Shown one piece after another: positions 10,260 to 21,109 of a stretch of 64,000 bases of DNA. Location of the stretch: the NCBI GenBank assembly GCA_963735035.1, contig CAVTJJ010000003.1:672001-736000 (forward strand), given 5' to 3'. The notes under the pieces are model-generated. The model worked only from the letters and a program-made list of their open reading frames with translations, made no database searches and was not told the origin of the DNA. Origin of the DNA: an uncultured candidate division Zixibacteria bacterium (GTDB lineage Bacteria; Zixibacteria; MSB-5A5; GN15; FEB-12). The translations under genes and the position numbers were made by a program. Position 1 is the stretch's first letter. Each line of letters opens with the position of its first letter.

Positions 10260-11441
10260 GTGAGTTTCTTCGTAATCGTCATTGCGGTCCTGACTTTGAT
10301 GTACGGCTACGTCGGCTGGCGTTTGATCGTGCCGGCCGCCTTCAGCCTGCCCGTGAATATCCTTCTTTGGATAACACTCGGCGTTTTGCTCATACTCCCC
10401 TTTCTCCCGGTTGCCACCCGACTGCACAGCTCCAACAGTGGCTGGGCGAATCTGATCGCCTGGGTGGCCTACCTGACGTTCGGCTTCATTACCGTGCTCT
10501 TCGCCTTCTTGGTCGTTCGGGACATTCTCCTGCTTCTGGTGTTTCTCGCCCAAAGAACAGTTCATCTATTTGGTTCCGGCGAAGTCGGCGAGAATATTGT
10601 CGACCCCGAGCGCCGTCGCCTGCTTATCAACACGACCAACCTCGGATTACTAGGTATAACGGGCGCCCTGACCAGTTATGGACTTTACGAGGCCACACGT
10701 ACTCCGAGGATCGTACGCGTCGACGTGCCCATCCCCAATCTGCCACCGAGTCTGCAGAACTATACCATAGCTCAGATTACCGATGTGCATGTCAGCCACA
10801 CAATCAGGAGAAAGTTCGTTCAGGCGGTCGTTGACGAAGTGAACATCGCCAAACCGGACTTGATTGCGGTGACGGGTGATCTGGTTGACGGTTCAGTCGA
10901 AATGCTGCGAGATGACGTTGCCCCTCTGGGTGACCTCGTTGCGCCCGACGGTCTCTTCTTCATCACCGGCAATCATGAATACTACTCGGGAGTACAGTCC
11001 TGGATAGACGAGACCCGCCGCCTCGGGTTCACGGTCCTGTTGAATGAACATCGGATGATCGATCGCAGCGGCGCCCGACTCTTGCTTGGCGGCGTCACCG
11101 ATTACTCCGGCGGACAATTTCGAGCCGATCACATATCCGACCCGCATCGAGCCGTCGCCGGCGCCCCTGACAGTCACGTGACAATCCTCTTGGCCCATCA
11201 GCCGGTGAGTATCTACGAGGCCGAAAAAGCCGGATTCGACTATGTCATTTCTGGACATACTCACGGCGGTCAATATTTCCCCTATCATTACCTGGTAGGA
11301 CTTTTTCAACCTTACCTGGCGGGAATGCATCAGCATGGCAAGACACGCATTTATGTCAGCCGAGGTACCGGCTACTGGGGCCCGGAGATACGCATCGGCG
11401 CTCCCTCCGAGATCACGCTGCATCGCTTGATACGGGTCTAG
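10260..11441 (+). CDS. Membrane-anchored metallophosphoesterase (YkuE/YaeI-like)
   Basis: N-terminal TM helices; DVH, GDLVD, GNHEYY, LAHQP and GHTHGGQ calcineurin-like motifs. Confidence 0.92.
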   Translation: MSFFVIVIAVLTLMYGYVGWRLIVPAAFSLPVNILLWITLGVLLILPFLPVATRLHSSNSGWANLIAWVAYLTFGFITVLFAFLVVRDILLLLVFLAQRTVHLFGSGEVGENIVDPERRRLLINTTNLGLLGITGALTSYGLYEATRTPRIVRVDVPIPNLPPSLQNYTIAQITDVHVSHTIRRKFVQAVVDEVNIAKPDLIAVTGDLVDGSVEMLRDDVAPLGDLVAPDGLFFITGNHEYYSGVQSWIDETRRLGFTVLLNEHRMIDRSGARLLLGGVTDYSGGQFRADHISDPHRAVAGAPDSHVTILLAHQPVSIYEAEKAGFDYVISGHTHGGQYFPYHYLVGLFQPYLAGMHQHGKTRIYVSRGTGYWGPEIRIGAPSEITLHRLIRV

Positions 11442-11481
11442 CTTGAGCGTTGGTGCCCCAGGGCTTGCCCTGGGATTATCC

Positions 11482-11760
11482 TTACTTTGCTTCCTCGTCT
11501 GTCATCCGCTCGAGGCGCCAGGTGTTCACCGGGTCGGCTTCGGGACAGCAGAACACCATCTCGTACGAATCGTCCAACCGGGTGGACTCGGCCCCAGACC
11601 GAAGCACCTCAATATGTGGCAAGAGCCGCCTCAGCGCCGCCGAACACATCTCTTCCGGAATCATTCGTCCCACCACGAATTGGTCGCCGACCTGGTGCCT
11701 CGAAGGACATCGTTTCTGCTGAGCGATCAGTGTGATTCGTACGTCGTATTGTACGCCCAT
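11482..11760 (-). CDS. TIGR04076-like small cysteine protein
   Basis: Pattern CPSRHQVGDQF...MCSAA...FCCPE...WRLER; GAGG RBS. Confidence 0.7.
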   Translation of the reverse strand: MGVQYDVRITLIAQQKRCPSRHQVGDQFVVGRMIPEEMCSAALRRLLPHIEVLRSGAESTRLDDSYEMVFCCPEADPVNTWRLERMTDEEAK

Positions 11761-11842
11761 TCTAGCCTCAAGATATCATAGCCCACCGTCTACCGGCGGG
11801 CAGGCCGGGTGGCCCATCCGCCTCGCACTACATTCCCGGACT

Positions 11843-12190
11843 TCACCCAAACACCTGTCGCGCCAGAAAATACGGTATAATGATGTATAGCACTGTATCT
11901 CTTATGAAATAGTAAATCACTACCGCCGCGACTAGTTTCCAGCCATGTCGTTTCAAAATGAAACCCACCCGAGCTGTAAAGCGAGCGAAACGCGATCTCC
12001 GGTCCTGGCCGGGAAGGGGGACTCGCATATCGGCCTTGAAGTCGGCAAGGCTGTCCCTCAAACGACGAAAGACGCCTTTTCTGGCCGGGTGGCCCACCGG
12101 CTTGCGGGTAGGGGTTGCATCGCAAGTGGCGGAGTCGGGCTGCTGAAGCTCGTAATCGGTAAGAGCCGGTTCATTCGGCGAAAACTTCAT
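11843..12190 (-). CDS. Small membrane protein of unknown function
   Basis: C-terminal hydrophobic segment GWKLVAAVVIYYFIRDTVLYIIIPYF; GGAG RBS; overlaps the upstream gene. Confidence 0.65.
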   Translation of the reverse strand: MKFSPNEPALTDYELQQPDSATCDATPTRKPVGHPARKGVFRRLRDSLADFKADMRVPLPGQDRRSRFARFTARVGFILKRHGWKLVAAVVIYYFIRDTVLYIIIPYFLARQVFG

Positions 12191-12476
12191 ACTTCTCCAC
12201 TTTTGAATTCAGATCGACCCGTCCGTCGGCTCCCTTGAACTCGCCGACCCGCTTATGACCTTCCCGGTACTCGTCGCTGCCGACCCAGCCCTCGAAAGCA
12301 CTCTCCGACTCCCAATGCGTCATGATAATGTATTCGTCCCCTTCTTTGGGACGTAGAACTTCTGCCTTGAGAAAGCCGGGTCGACGGTCCACCGCCCTGG
12401 CCCGAGTTGAAAACATCTGTTCGAACCGCTCTCGCTGTTCCGCGGGTACTTTCATTCTATTCATCATTACAAACAT
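12171..12476 (-). CDS. Antibiotic-biosynthesis-monooxygenase family protein (IsdG/HmoA-like)
   Basis: MFVMMNR...FEQMF...PGFL...EVLRP...THWESESAFEGW...GH; AGGAG RBS. Confidence 0.85.
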   Translation of the reverse strand: MFVMMNRMKVPAEQRERFEQMFSTRARAVDRRPGFLKAEVLRPKEGDEYIIMTHWESESAFEGWVGSDEYREGHKRVGEFKGADGRVDLNSKVEKYEVFAE

Positions 12477-12690
12477 TCGGACACTCCTATGATTTGGTTT
12501 GAGGAGCATAACAAACTCGCCGCGTTCTGGTTCACTCAAAGATCATGAGAATCACCATTCCCGTCTTTACCGGATCATTGATACAAAACGCGGAGGCAGA
12601 GCCGCCCGACAACTCTAAAGCGGACTACAAAGGTGCCGATAAGGTCCATAAGCACGGAATCTGAATCCTAAGCCCCCGGAGACGGAGTCT

Positions 12691-14406
12691 ATGAAGAGTT
12701 TTTCGGTAAAAGCCAAAATAATAATGCTGGTTTGCATCTGCGTGGTCGGTGTTTTCGGCCTCGTTGCCATATTCAACGGCCGCCAGCAGACCAACACTTT
12801 GGAGGGTCTTTATACCTCCAGTTCTCACGAGCTGAGTTGGGCCCTTTCGAAACAACTCGAAGAGTGCATGATCTACGGCGACAATGAGAAACTCCAACCG
12901 ATGACGGAAGAAATTGTATCCACGGGGTTACTGCTGGAAGCTACAGTCATCAACGCTGAAAAGGTGGTCAGAAGGTCTTCGGACAAATCTCTTCTGAACA
13001 AACCGTCCGATGCGGTATGGTCGTCCCTCTTCGCCTCCAAGCGTGACACTCTGTTCGACACTTCCGAAAAAGGGAAACCGGTACAGGTGGCCTACCATCT
13101 GCTAACCAACCAGACTGCCTGTGCGAGTTGTCACGATGGCGCTGCCGGGTCGGTTCTGGGCGGTCTCAAGATGGTGCGCTCAACCGAAGTCCTTGCCGAG
13201 GCCACGCGCGCCAATTTGTTCCTGATTCTGATGTGCTCGATCGCCGGGGTCCTTGTTCTCGTCGTGGCTATCATGTTGGCCCTGAACAAACTCGTCTTCC
13301 GGCCTATTCAAATAGTCAAGGCTCGACTATATATGGCCGCCCAGGGAGAAATCGGTCAGGATCTGTCAGCCCGCTCGAACGATGAGATTGGTCAACTTCT
13401 GATGGCTATCCAGAGCCTGATGGAATACATCCGCGGCCTTTGCAACGTCGCCAGCCGGGCCGCCAGCGGCGATCTATCCGCCGAGGTTGTACCCCGCTCC
13501 GAACGTGACGTTCTCGGCACCGCTTTTCACACGATGATTCAGTATCTTCGAAACATGATTCACGAGTTGAGCGACCATTCCCGTCAATTGGCCAGCGCCG
13601 CCACGGAGATCGCTTCTGCCTCTGACGAAATGTCTCGCGGAACAAAAGAGCAGTCGCAGCAGATTACTCAGATTTCCAGCGCCGTTGAGGGCATGGTCAA
13701 CACCATAGTCGAATCTACCAAGAACGCCGGCGACGCCCGCGACCTGGCCCAGAACGCCGCCGGTACCGCCGCTTCCGGCGGACGGATTGTCGGCGACACA
13801 ATTCAGGGTATGCAGCGAATCGCCGACGTTGTCCGCGAATCAGCCGTGCTGGTCGGCCGTCTCTCGCAAGCCGCGGAACAGATCGGCGAAATCGTCCAGG
13901 TCATCGATGACATCGCCGACCAAACCAACATGCTCGCCCTCAACGCCGCTATCGAGGCCGCCCGCGCCGGTGAACAGGGACGCGGCTTTGCCGTGGTAGC
14001 CGACGAAGTACGGAAATTGGCGGAGAGAACCGGCAAGGCGACCGGTGAAGTCAACCAGATGATCCGGGACATTCAAACGCGCACTTCCGAAGCCGTTGAA
14101 AGCATGGAAACAGGCATAAGTGAAGTAGGTCAGGGACGCGAACTGGCCGACCGCGCCGGCGGCAGCTTGGACGAAATCTGCACGCTCGCCCAGCAAGTCG
14201 AGACGGTCATCTCTCAGATAGCCGGAACATCCGAACAGCAGAGCGAAGTGGCTCAACAAATAGCCGCCAATGTCGAACAGATTGCGTCAGTCACCAAGGA
14301 GACGGCTTCCGGTGCTGAACAATCAGCCGCCGCTGCGGAGCAGCTCTCCCGTCAGGCCGAGGGTTTGAGACAGATTGTAGGCCGATTCAAAATCGAAGCC
14401 CAGTGA
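12691..14406 (+). CDS. Methyl-accepting chemotaxis protein with periplasmic CxxCH heme-c sensor and HAMP domains
   Basis: TM-sensor(CASCH)-TM-HAMP architecture; [38 protein letters not shown] signalling tip. Confidence 0.95.
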   Translation: MKSFSVKAKIIMLVCICVVGVFGLVAIFNGRQQTNTLEGLYTSSSHELSWALSKQLEECMIYGDNEKLQPMTEEIVSTGLLLEATVINAEKVVRRSSDKSLLNKPSDAVWSSLFASKRDTLFDTSEKGKPVQVAYHLLTNQTACASCHDGAAGSVLGGLKMVRSTEVLAEATRANLFLILMCSIAGVLVLVVAIMLALNKLVFRPIQIVKARLYMAAQGEIGQDLSARSNDEIGQLLMAIQSLMEYIRGLCNVASRAASGDLSAEVVPRSERDVLGTAFHTMIQYLRNMIHELSDHSRQLASAATEIASASDEMSRGTKEQSQQITQISSAVEGMVNTIVESTKNAGDARDLAQNAAGTAASGGRIVGDTIQGMQRIADVVRESAVLVGRLSQAAEQIGEIVQVIDDIADQTNMLALNAAIEAARAGEQGRGFAVVADEVRKLAERTGKATGEVNQMIRDIQTRTSEAVESMETGISEVGQGRELADRAGGSLDEICTLAQQVETVISQIAGTSEQQSEVAQQIAANVEQIASVTKETASGAEQSAAAAEQLSRQAEGLRQIVGRFKIEAQ

Positions 14407-14420
14407 GTCGCGTAGATATT

Positions 14421-14465
14421 GCGGCAGGTCGTATACCCCTTTGGAAGGGACGTGTGACCTGCCGC
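14421..14465. repeat. GCGGCAGGTC...GACCTGCCGC palindrome, copy 1; probable terminator between convergent genes
   Basis: 10-bp perfect stem followed by TTTT; the same arms occur at 45926-45968. Confidence 0.7.
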
Positions 14466-14496
14466 TTTTCATTTGCTTAGCAATATTCCCCGAGTC

Positions 14497-17400
14497 TCAA
14501 TTCTGCACTATCGATTCCACTGACCGATTCATATTCACTCTATAATATAGAATCGGCACCGCCACCCGGCTGATCAGAAGCGAAGCCACTTCACCGGCCA
14601 TCAACGCAATCGCCAGACCCTGAAAGATCGGATCGAACAAGATCACAGTTGCACCCACAATCACAGCGCCCGCCGTCAACAGCATCGGCCGGAACCTCAC
14701 CGCACCGGCATCGATAACAGCGTCCGCCAACGGCATTCCTTCGCGCAGACGTAGTTCGATGAAATCAACCAATATGATCGAGTTGCGGATAACAATCCCG
14801 GCGCCGGCCATGAAACCTATCATAGACGTTGCCGTGAAGAACGCCCCGAAAGCCCCATGGGCCGGCATGATACCGATCAACGAGAACGGAATTGCGGCCA
14901 TGACTACGATCGGCGTCACCATCGAGCGGAACCAGCCCACCATCAGAATGTAGATTAGAATCAGCACGGCCATGAAAGCCACACCCAGATCGCGGAAGAC
15001 TTCGAGCGTAATGTGCCACTCGCCGTCCCACTTGAGCGACGGTTCGAGCGTGGTTGTCGGGAGCGAAGCATTTAGGATGTTCAGTTTAGCATCGCTGCCA
15101 CCGAAATCCCGCATGTCGAGCTGTTTGAGCTTCTCGTTCATACTCTGGATGGCATACACCGGACTCTCGATTTCACCCGCGACATCGCCAATGACATACG
15201 TTACCGGCATCAGGTTCTTGCGGTAGATCGTCTTGTCGGCCACCCGCTCTTCGACCCGCACCAGTTCCGAGAGCGGCACCAGCGGCGGGGCGTATTCCTT
15301 GCCGGCCGACCGGGCATCGGCCGCGCGAACTTGCAGGCCGAGGAGATCATTGGATGACGTCTTTAGCGAACGCGGGAGCTCCAGCACCAGAGCAACATCC
15401 TCGCGTTCATTCGAGCGATGGGCGATGTCGACCTGAATGCCCGTTACAGCCAGACGTAGTGTCTGTGCGATCGTCTCAGCGCTGATACCATGCAGCGCCG
15501 CCTTTTCATGATCGATTACAAACGTAAATTCCCGTTGATCCGCTTCGAGATAAGTATCCACGTCGACCACACCCGGGGTCGATTTGAAGATCTCGCGTAT
15601 TTTCGACGCCAGAGCCGTGCGCGATTCGGTCGTGGGGCCATAGACTTCGGCGACAAGAGTCTGCAGTACCGGCGGGCCGGGGGGTACTTCGGCCACCGCC
15701 ACACGAGCCCCGAACCGTTTGGCCACTTCCTGCACTTCAGGCCGCACCCGCTTCGCAATATCGTGGCTCTGCGCCGAGCGTTCCCCCTTGGATAGCAGGT
15801 TCACCTGGATGTCGGCGACATTCGCCCCCCGCCGCATGAAATAGTGCCGCACCAGGCCGTTGAAATTGTACGGCGCCGACGTACCGGCGTAAATCTGATA
15901 ATCGGTGACTTCCGGTTCTCTGGCAATCGATCCGGATATCTCACGCGCCGCCTCGACCGTCTGCTCGAGCGACGACCCCTCGGGCATATTTATGATCACT
16001 TGAAATTCGTTCTTGTTGTCGAACGGCAACATCTTCACCTGCACCCAGCCGATCCACACGAGACCGAGCGCCACCGCCAGTGCTGCCGTAATTGAGATCA
16101 AGAACGTTCGCCGCTTTCTGGCGTCTCGAATGAGGCCGTTCATCAGACGACGATAGAGGCGGGTTGAGTATCCTTCTTTCGTCTCGCCATGTGCGGCCAG
16201 GTTTGACCCACCTTTCCAAGCGAGCACGCGTACCGCCGCCCACGGGGTTACCATGAAGGCTACTACGAGCGAGAAGAGCATCGCCGCGGTGGCTCCAATC
16301 GGAATCGGCCGCATGTACGGCCCCATCAGGCCGCCTACGAATGCCATCGGAAGAACCGCCGCTATCACTGCCCAGGTGGCAAGAATAGTCGGGTTGCCCA
16401 CTTCAGAAACCGCCTCAATCGCCACCTCGCTCCAGGGCCGTCCACTATTGCGCGCAAGATGCAGATGGCGAGTGATGTTCTCGATCACGACGATGGCGTC
16501 ATCCACGAGGATGCCGATTGAAAAGATCAGCGCAAAGAGGGTGATCCGATTGAGCGTGAAACCGGTCAGATAGAACACCAACAGAGTCAGAGCCAGGGTG
16601 GACGGAATAGCCAGCGCCACAATTATCGATTCCCGCCAGCCGAGACTGATCATGATCAGCAGCGACACGCTAACCACCGCAAGCAACATGTGCAGTAGCA
16701 GTTCATTCGACTTCTCAGCGGCCGTCTCCCCATAATTGCGAGTGATAGTAATATCGACATCTGACGGAATCAGTTTCCCTCTGAGTTTGGTCACACGGTC
16801 GATAACTTCGTCGGCCACATCGATAGCATTCGTGCCCGGACGCTTGGCGATAGAGAGCGTCACGGCTGCTTCGTCTTCATGCTTCTTTCCCGATGCTGCC
16901 CCAGAGCCATAAACCACCACCTGATTCAACTCTTCAGGGCCATCAACTACCTTGGCAACGTCGCGGAGATATACGGGAGCGCCGTCGTAGACTCCGAGCA
17001 CGACCCGCTCGACATCGCTAACGTCGCGCAGGAATCCCCCGGTCTCGACAATTATCTCCTGATTGTTGCGGATCAGGTTACCAGCCTTCGACTGTCGATT
17101 CGCCTGTTGCAGGATTGGAATAAGCGTGACCGGATCAAGATGCCGCGCAGATAGTGCCACCGGATCGAGCTGAATGCGATACTGCCGCCGGAGCCCCCCG
17201 ATCATGTTCGTTTCAGAGACGTCCTTGACCTGCTTGATGTGCTCTTCGACTTCAGCCACCACGCGTCTTAGAAAGTAGTGATCCTCCGTCTTACTGTGGA
17301 AAGTCAGCGCGAGGATCGGAACGTCGTCGATGGAACGCGATTTCAATAGCGGAAACGACACCTGCGGTGGAATGCGATCGAAATTGGATTGCAGTTTCTG

Positions 17401-17766
17401 GTTGAGTTTGACAAGGCTGCGCTCGACATCCTCACCTACCTTGAAACGAACTATGACCAGAGCTTCTTCCGGTCGTGAGATAGAATAGACATACTCCACG
17501 CCGGGAACTTCCCACACCAGCTTCTCCATCGGAGCCGCCACCCGATGTTCCACTTCCTCGGCATTGAAACCGGGCACGGACACCATCACGTCCACCATCG
17601 GGACCTTGATCTGCGGCTCTTCTTCCCGAGGCAGAAGCGTCACAGCCAAAGCGCCAAGCAGCACCGAAGCCATAATGAATAGCGGAGTGAGCTTCGAATT
17701 GACAAATGATCTTGCCAGCAATCCGGCCAGACCTTGCGATTTCGGGTCGGTATCGGAATTCATCAT
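14497..17766 (-). CDS. RND efflux transporter permease (AcrB-like)
   Basis: [25 protein letters not shown] and RFRPMLLT motifs; 1089 aa. Confidence 0.95.
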   Translation of the reverse strand: MMNSDTDPKSQGLAGLLARSFVNSKLTPLFIMASVLLGALAVTLLPREEEPQIKVPMVDVMVSVPGFNAEEVEHRVAAPMEKLVWEVPGVEYVYSISRPEEALVIVRFKVGEDVERSLVKLNQKLQSNFDRIPPQVSFPLLKSRSIDDVPILALTFHSKTEDHYFLRRVVAEVEEHIKQVKDVSETNMIGGLRRQYRIQLDPVALSARHLDPVTLIPILQQANRQSKAGNLIRNNQEIIVETGGFLRDVSDVERVVLGVYDGAPVYLRDVAKVVDGPEELNQVVVYGSGAASGKKHEDEAAVTLSIAKRPGTNAIDVADEVIDRVTKLRGKLIPSDVDITITRNYGETAAEKSNELLLHMLLAVVSVSLLIMISLGWRESIIVALAIPSTLALTLLVFYLTGFTLNRITLFALIFSIGILVDDAIVVIENITRHLHLARNSGRPWSEVAIEAVSEVGNPTILATWAVIAAVLPMAFVGGLMGPYMRPIPIGATAAMLFSLVVAFMVTPWAAVRVLAWKGGSNLAAHGETKEGYSTRLYRRLMNGLIRDARKRRTFLISITAALAVALGLVWIGWVQVKMLPFDNKNEFQVIINMPEGSSLEQTVEAAREISGSIAREPEVTDYQIYAGTSAPYNFNGLVRHYFMRRGANVADIQVNLLSKGERSAQSHDIAKRVRPEVQEVAKRFGARVAVAEVPPGPPVLQTLVAEVYGPTTESRTALASKIREIFKSTPGVVDVDTYLEADQREFTFVIDHEKAALHGISAETIAQTLRLAVTGIQVDIAHRSNEREDVALVLELPRSLKTSSNDLLGLQVRAADARSAGKEYAPPLVPLSELVRVEERVADKTIYRKNLMPVTYVIGDVAGEIESPVYAIQSMNEKLKQLDMRDFGGSDAKLNILNASLPTTTLEPSLKWDGEWHITLEVFRDLGVAFMAVLILIYILMVGWFRSMVTPIVVMAAIPFSLIGIMPAHGAFGAFFTATSMIGFMAGAGIVIRNSIILVDFIELRLREGMPLADAVIDAGAVRFRPMLLTAGAVIVGATVILFDPIFQGLAIALMAGEVASLLISRVAVPILYYRVNMNRSVESIVQN

Positions 17767-18788
17767 AGCGCCACCCTGACCGAATCACCGTCCGAGAGAT
17801 CGCGCTGTCCTTCAACAACGACACGTTCGTTCTCCCTAAGCCCGGCGAGGATTTCCAGCCGGTCCGGAAACTGCCGCCCGATTCTGACCAGTCGCAACGC
17901 CGCCCTCTGGTTGTCGCCAACGACATATACCAAGTCCAACTGACCGCGCTGGACAAGAGCGTTACGCGGAATGAAAATCGTCTGATCTCCCGCGGCCACG
18001 AGTTGCAGCCTACCGAACTGCCCCGGTCGGATTGCAGCCATAGCCGGGATGGCGACCTTGGCGGTAAACGTCCGGCTGACCGGATCAGCGCTGGGGGAAA
18101 GTTCGATCACCTGCCCCTTGACGACGGTGTCAATTGAAGTCAGGGCCACGATGGCGCTGTCGCCGACCGAGACCTGACCCATCTTTGACTCTGGAAGCGC
18201 CGCCTCGAATCTCAGATGTCCCGACTCTTCCAATGTAAATAAGGGACGACCCGGCACTGCCAGATCACCGACATCAATCAATTTCTCGGTCACGCTGCCG
18301 TCAAACGGAGCCTCGATCCGGGCGTAGCTCAGATATGTCCGGGCTTCGCTCAGTGACGCCTCAGCCACCGCTTTGCGCGCCTTGACCGCATCGAACTCCT
18401 GTTGCGTAGCAGCCCGCTCCGCCAATAACGCTTCAAACCGGGTCAGATCGCTGGCCGTCTGCTGATAGACAGCCTCAGCTTGCTCTACTCTGGCCTGGTA
18501 CTCGCGGACATCCAACTCGGCCAGCAGATCACCGGCTTTCACGACACTGCCGAGCGTGACAGGGATTCGTTCGACCCGCGCCTGAATCTTGGATTCGATA
18601 CCAGCTCGATTGCGCGCGACTACCGTCCCCATGAATTCTTCGCGTGACGATTCGGCCACTCTCTGAGCGGTCGCCACCGTAACTTCCTTGGGAGTCTCCC
18701 CGGATCGGTCGGCTTGATGTGCGCGATCACCACACGAGGTCAGGACAAGCGAGCTCAGTGCAGACAACATGAACGATTTTTGCAACAT
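17763..18788 (-). CDS. RND periplasmic adaptor (MFP) lipoprotein
   Basis: Lipobox LTSC, lipoyl/coiled-coil pattern, IEAPFDG motif; GGAG RBS before the ATG at 18788. Confidence 0.92.
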   Translation of the reverse strand: MLQKSFMLSALSSLVLTSCGDRAHQADRSGETPKEVTVATAQRVAESSREEFMGTVVARNRAGIESKIQARVERIPVTLGSVVKAGDLLAELDVREYQARVEQAEAVYQQTASDLTRFEALLAERAATQQEFDAVKARKAVAEASLSEARTYLSYARIEAPFDGSVTEKLIDVGDLAVPGRPLFTLEESGHLRFEAALPESKMGQVSVGDSAIVALTSIDTVVKGQVIELSPSADPVSRTFTAKVAIPAMAAIRPGQFGRLQLVAAGDQTIFIPRNALVQRGQLDLVYVVGDNQRAALRLVRIGRQFPDRLEILAGLRENERVVVEGQRDLSDGDSVRVAL

Positions 18789-18857
18789 CTGTATCTCTCC
18801 AATTATTGGCGGCAAGGTGCCTCTGCCCGGCTCGTTACCGGACAGGGCGACTTCTAA

Positions 18858-19052
18858 TTAGACGCTTTCTTTATGGCACATCCGCTTGATGAATATTTCG
18901 GCCGGGCAGAAACCGGTAAAGGCGGATTGGAACAGATTGAGCCCCACGAACGCGGTTAGAAACAGCCAATAATGATTTACCCACACTGCCAGGGCCAGAC
19001 TGATCAGGATGATTGTGCCGGCGATGGCGCGGACCTTGTGTTCAACGGTCAT
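18858..19052 (-). CDS. DUF2892 / YgaP-like membrane protein
   Basis: RAIAG...FVGLNLFQSAFTGFCP signature; AGGAG RBS. Confidence 0.88.
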   Translation of the reverse strand: MTVEHKVRAIAGTIILISLALAVWVNHYWLFLTAFVGLNLFQSAFTGFCPAEIFIKRMCHKESV

Positions 19053-19111
19053 ATCGTATCGCTCCTTGTATAAGTGTCGCTCGTCAAAACGTCTCGGACG
19101 TCAATTTGTTC

Positions 19112-19143
19112 TTGACAACCACATAAATATATTGTTATATATT
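19112..19143 (+). promoter_or_regulatory. arsR promoter with overlapping palindromic operator
   Basis: TTGACA at 19112; -10-like TATATA near 19136; perfect inverted repeat AATATAT-TGTT-ATATATT at 19126-19143. Confidence 0.65.
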
Positions 19144-19147
19144 AACT

Positions 19148-19492
19148 ATGACAAGAGAAAAAACAAGCGATTTTTCCGAAATAACCGCGCCGATGCTCGA
19201 TCTGGTCGCCGGCTGCTTCCATGCCCTCAGCGACCCTACCCGACTTAACCTGTTGCGGGAGTTGAAGAACGGCCCTAAGACAGTCCAGGAGCTGGTCGCC
19301 CGGTTCGACTGGACTCAGCCCAACATTTCGCGCCACCTTTCGATCCTGGCCGCCGCCGGTCTCGTGAAGAAGTCCAAAACTGGGGCGCATGTCGTCTACC
19401 GCATCGCCAACCCGAGGGTTTTCCGCCTTTGTGACATGATCTGTACCCATGTCCGCTCTACCATCGCGGACTATTCCTCGCCCGGCCATTGA
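19148..19492 (+). CDS. ArsR/SmtB-family transcriptional regulator
   Basis: FHALSDPTRL...TQPNISRHLSILAAAGLV...VVYRI HTH; three Cys residues. Confidence 0.93.
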   Translation: MTREKTSDFSEITAPMLDLVAGCFHALSDPTRLNLLRELKNGPKTVQELVARFDWTQPNISRHLSILAAAGLVKKSKTGAHVVYRIANPRVFRLCDMICTHVRSTIADYSSPGH

Positions 19493-19597
19493 GCCGCTTC
19501 ATCGCCTCCAAACATAAACCTTGATTCGCCGGTGTGGATGATTTATGCCTGTCTCAGCATTACGGTAGAATGACAACTCCCCAAGGAGAACAGGCTC

Positions 19598-21088
19598 ATG
19601 ACCCCACCCTCGACTGCGCCCCATGCGACCGGCGGCGAGTTTCAGCGAAAGCTCCGGCTGCTCGATACCAGCATGCTCGTGATCGGATCCATGATCGGCT
19701 CCGGCATCTTTATCGTCAGCGCCGATATCGCCCGCACTGTCGGCTCCCCCGGATACCTTCTCCTGGTCTGGCTCATCGCCGGCATCATGACTGTCATCTG
19801 CGCTCTCAGCTACGGTGAGTTGGCGGGAATGATGCCACACGCCGGAGGGCAATACGTCTATCTGCGCGAGGCCTATAATCCCCTCATCGGATTTCTCTAC
19901 GGATGGACTTTATTCCTGGTAATACAAACCGGCACTATAGCCGCGGTCGCGGTCGCTTTCGCCAAGTTCACGGCGGTGTTGTTTCCGTCAGTCGCCGACA
20001 CCAACGTACTGATGACTCTTGCGGGGATAAAAATCACTGCCGCCCGTCTCCTCGCGGTGGGTACGGTTTTCCTGCTCACCTACTTCAGCACCCGCGGCAT
20101 CCAGGGCGGCAAGATTCTTCAGGACATTTTCACGAGCGCCAAGACACTGGCCCTGATCGGTCTGATTCTCCTCGGTTTCGTGATTTCGCGGAGCGCGGCT
20201 ACCTGGAATACCAACTTCGCCGACTTCTGGAACCCCACCTGGACGCATTTCGTCGACGGCAAAGTTGTGAGTGTCGAACCCTTGTCCGGCCTCACACTTC
20301 TCGCGGCTATATGTGTCGCAATGGTCGGATCGTTGTTTGCCGCCGATGCCTGGAATAACGTCACCTTCACGGCCGGTGAGGTTGTCAAACCGACACGCAA
20401 CATTCCGCTCGGCCTGGTTATCGGCGCCGGATCGGTCATCCTGCTCTACCTGGCCGCCAATGTCTCGTACCTGATGGTTCTTCCGCTGCGTGGCACACCC
20501 GACGCGGCTGATGTGTTAGGGCGGGGCATTCAGTTCGCCTCCTTCGATCGGGTCGGCACCGCCGCTACCACTGTGATGTTCGGTGATATCGCTACGACCA
20601 TAATGGCCGTGCTCATCATGGTCTCGACGTTTGGCTGCAATAACGGTCTCATTCTGGCCGGAGCGCGAGTCACCTACGCAATGGCACGTGACAACCTCTT
20701 CTTCGCACCGGTCGGCCGCCTCAACAAGTCCGGTGTCCCGGCCGTGGCTCTTTGGGTGCAGGCGCTCTGGACATCCATCCTGTGCCTGAGCGGTACTTAC
20801 GGTGATCTGCTTGACTACGTCGTGTTCGCCGTCCTCGTATTCTATATCCTGACCATGATTGGAATCTTCATCCTGCGACGCACCCGACCCGACGCCGAGC
20901 GACCCTACCGCGCCTTCGGCTATCCAGTGCTGCCTGCTCTGTACATTGCCGCCGCGGCCATAATATGTTCGGTGCTACTCATTTACAAGCCGACCTACAC
21001 CTGGCCGGGGGTATTCATCGTACTCCTCGGCATCCCGGTGTATTTTGTTTGGAAACGGTTCGCAGGATCGGCCGCGCGAACAGAATAG
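19598..21088 (+). CDS. APC-family amino acid permease
   Basis: GSMIGSGIF, YGELAGMMPHAGGQYVYLREAY and RPYRAFGYP motifs. Confidence 0.93.
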   Translation: MTPPSTAPHATGGEFQRKLRLLDTSMLVIGSMIGSGIFIVSADIARTVGSPGYLLLVWLIAGIMTVICALSYGELAGMMPHAGGQYVYLREAYNPLIGFLYGWTLFLVIQTGTIAAVAVAFAKFTAVLFPSVADTNVLMTLAGIKITAARLLAVGTVFLLTYFSTRGIQGGKILQDIFTSAKTLALIGLILLGFVISRSAATWNTNFADFWNPTWTHFVDGKVVSVEPLSGLTLLAAICVAMVGSLFAADAWNNVTFTAGEVVKPTRNIPLGLVIGAGSVILLYLAANVSYLMVLPLRGTPDAADVLGRGIQFASFDRVGTAATTVMFGDIATTIMAVLIMVSTFGCNNGLILAGARVTYAMARDNLFFAPVGRLNKSGVPAVALWVQALWTSILCLSGTYGDLLDYVVFAVLVFYILTMIGIFILRRTRPDAERPYRAFGYPVLPALYIAAAAIICSVLLIYKPTYTWPGVFIVLLGIPVYFVWKRFAGSAARTE

Positions 21089-21109
21089 CTGTCTGAAGTA
21101 TCGGCCCTG

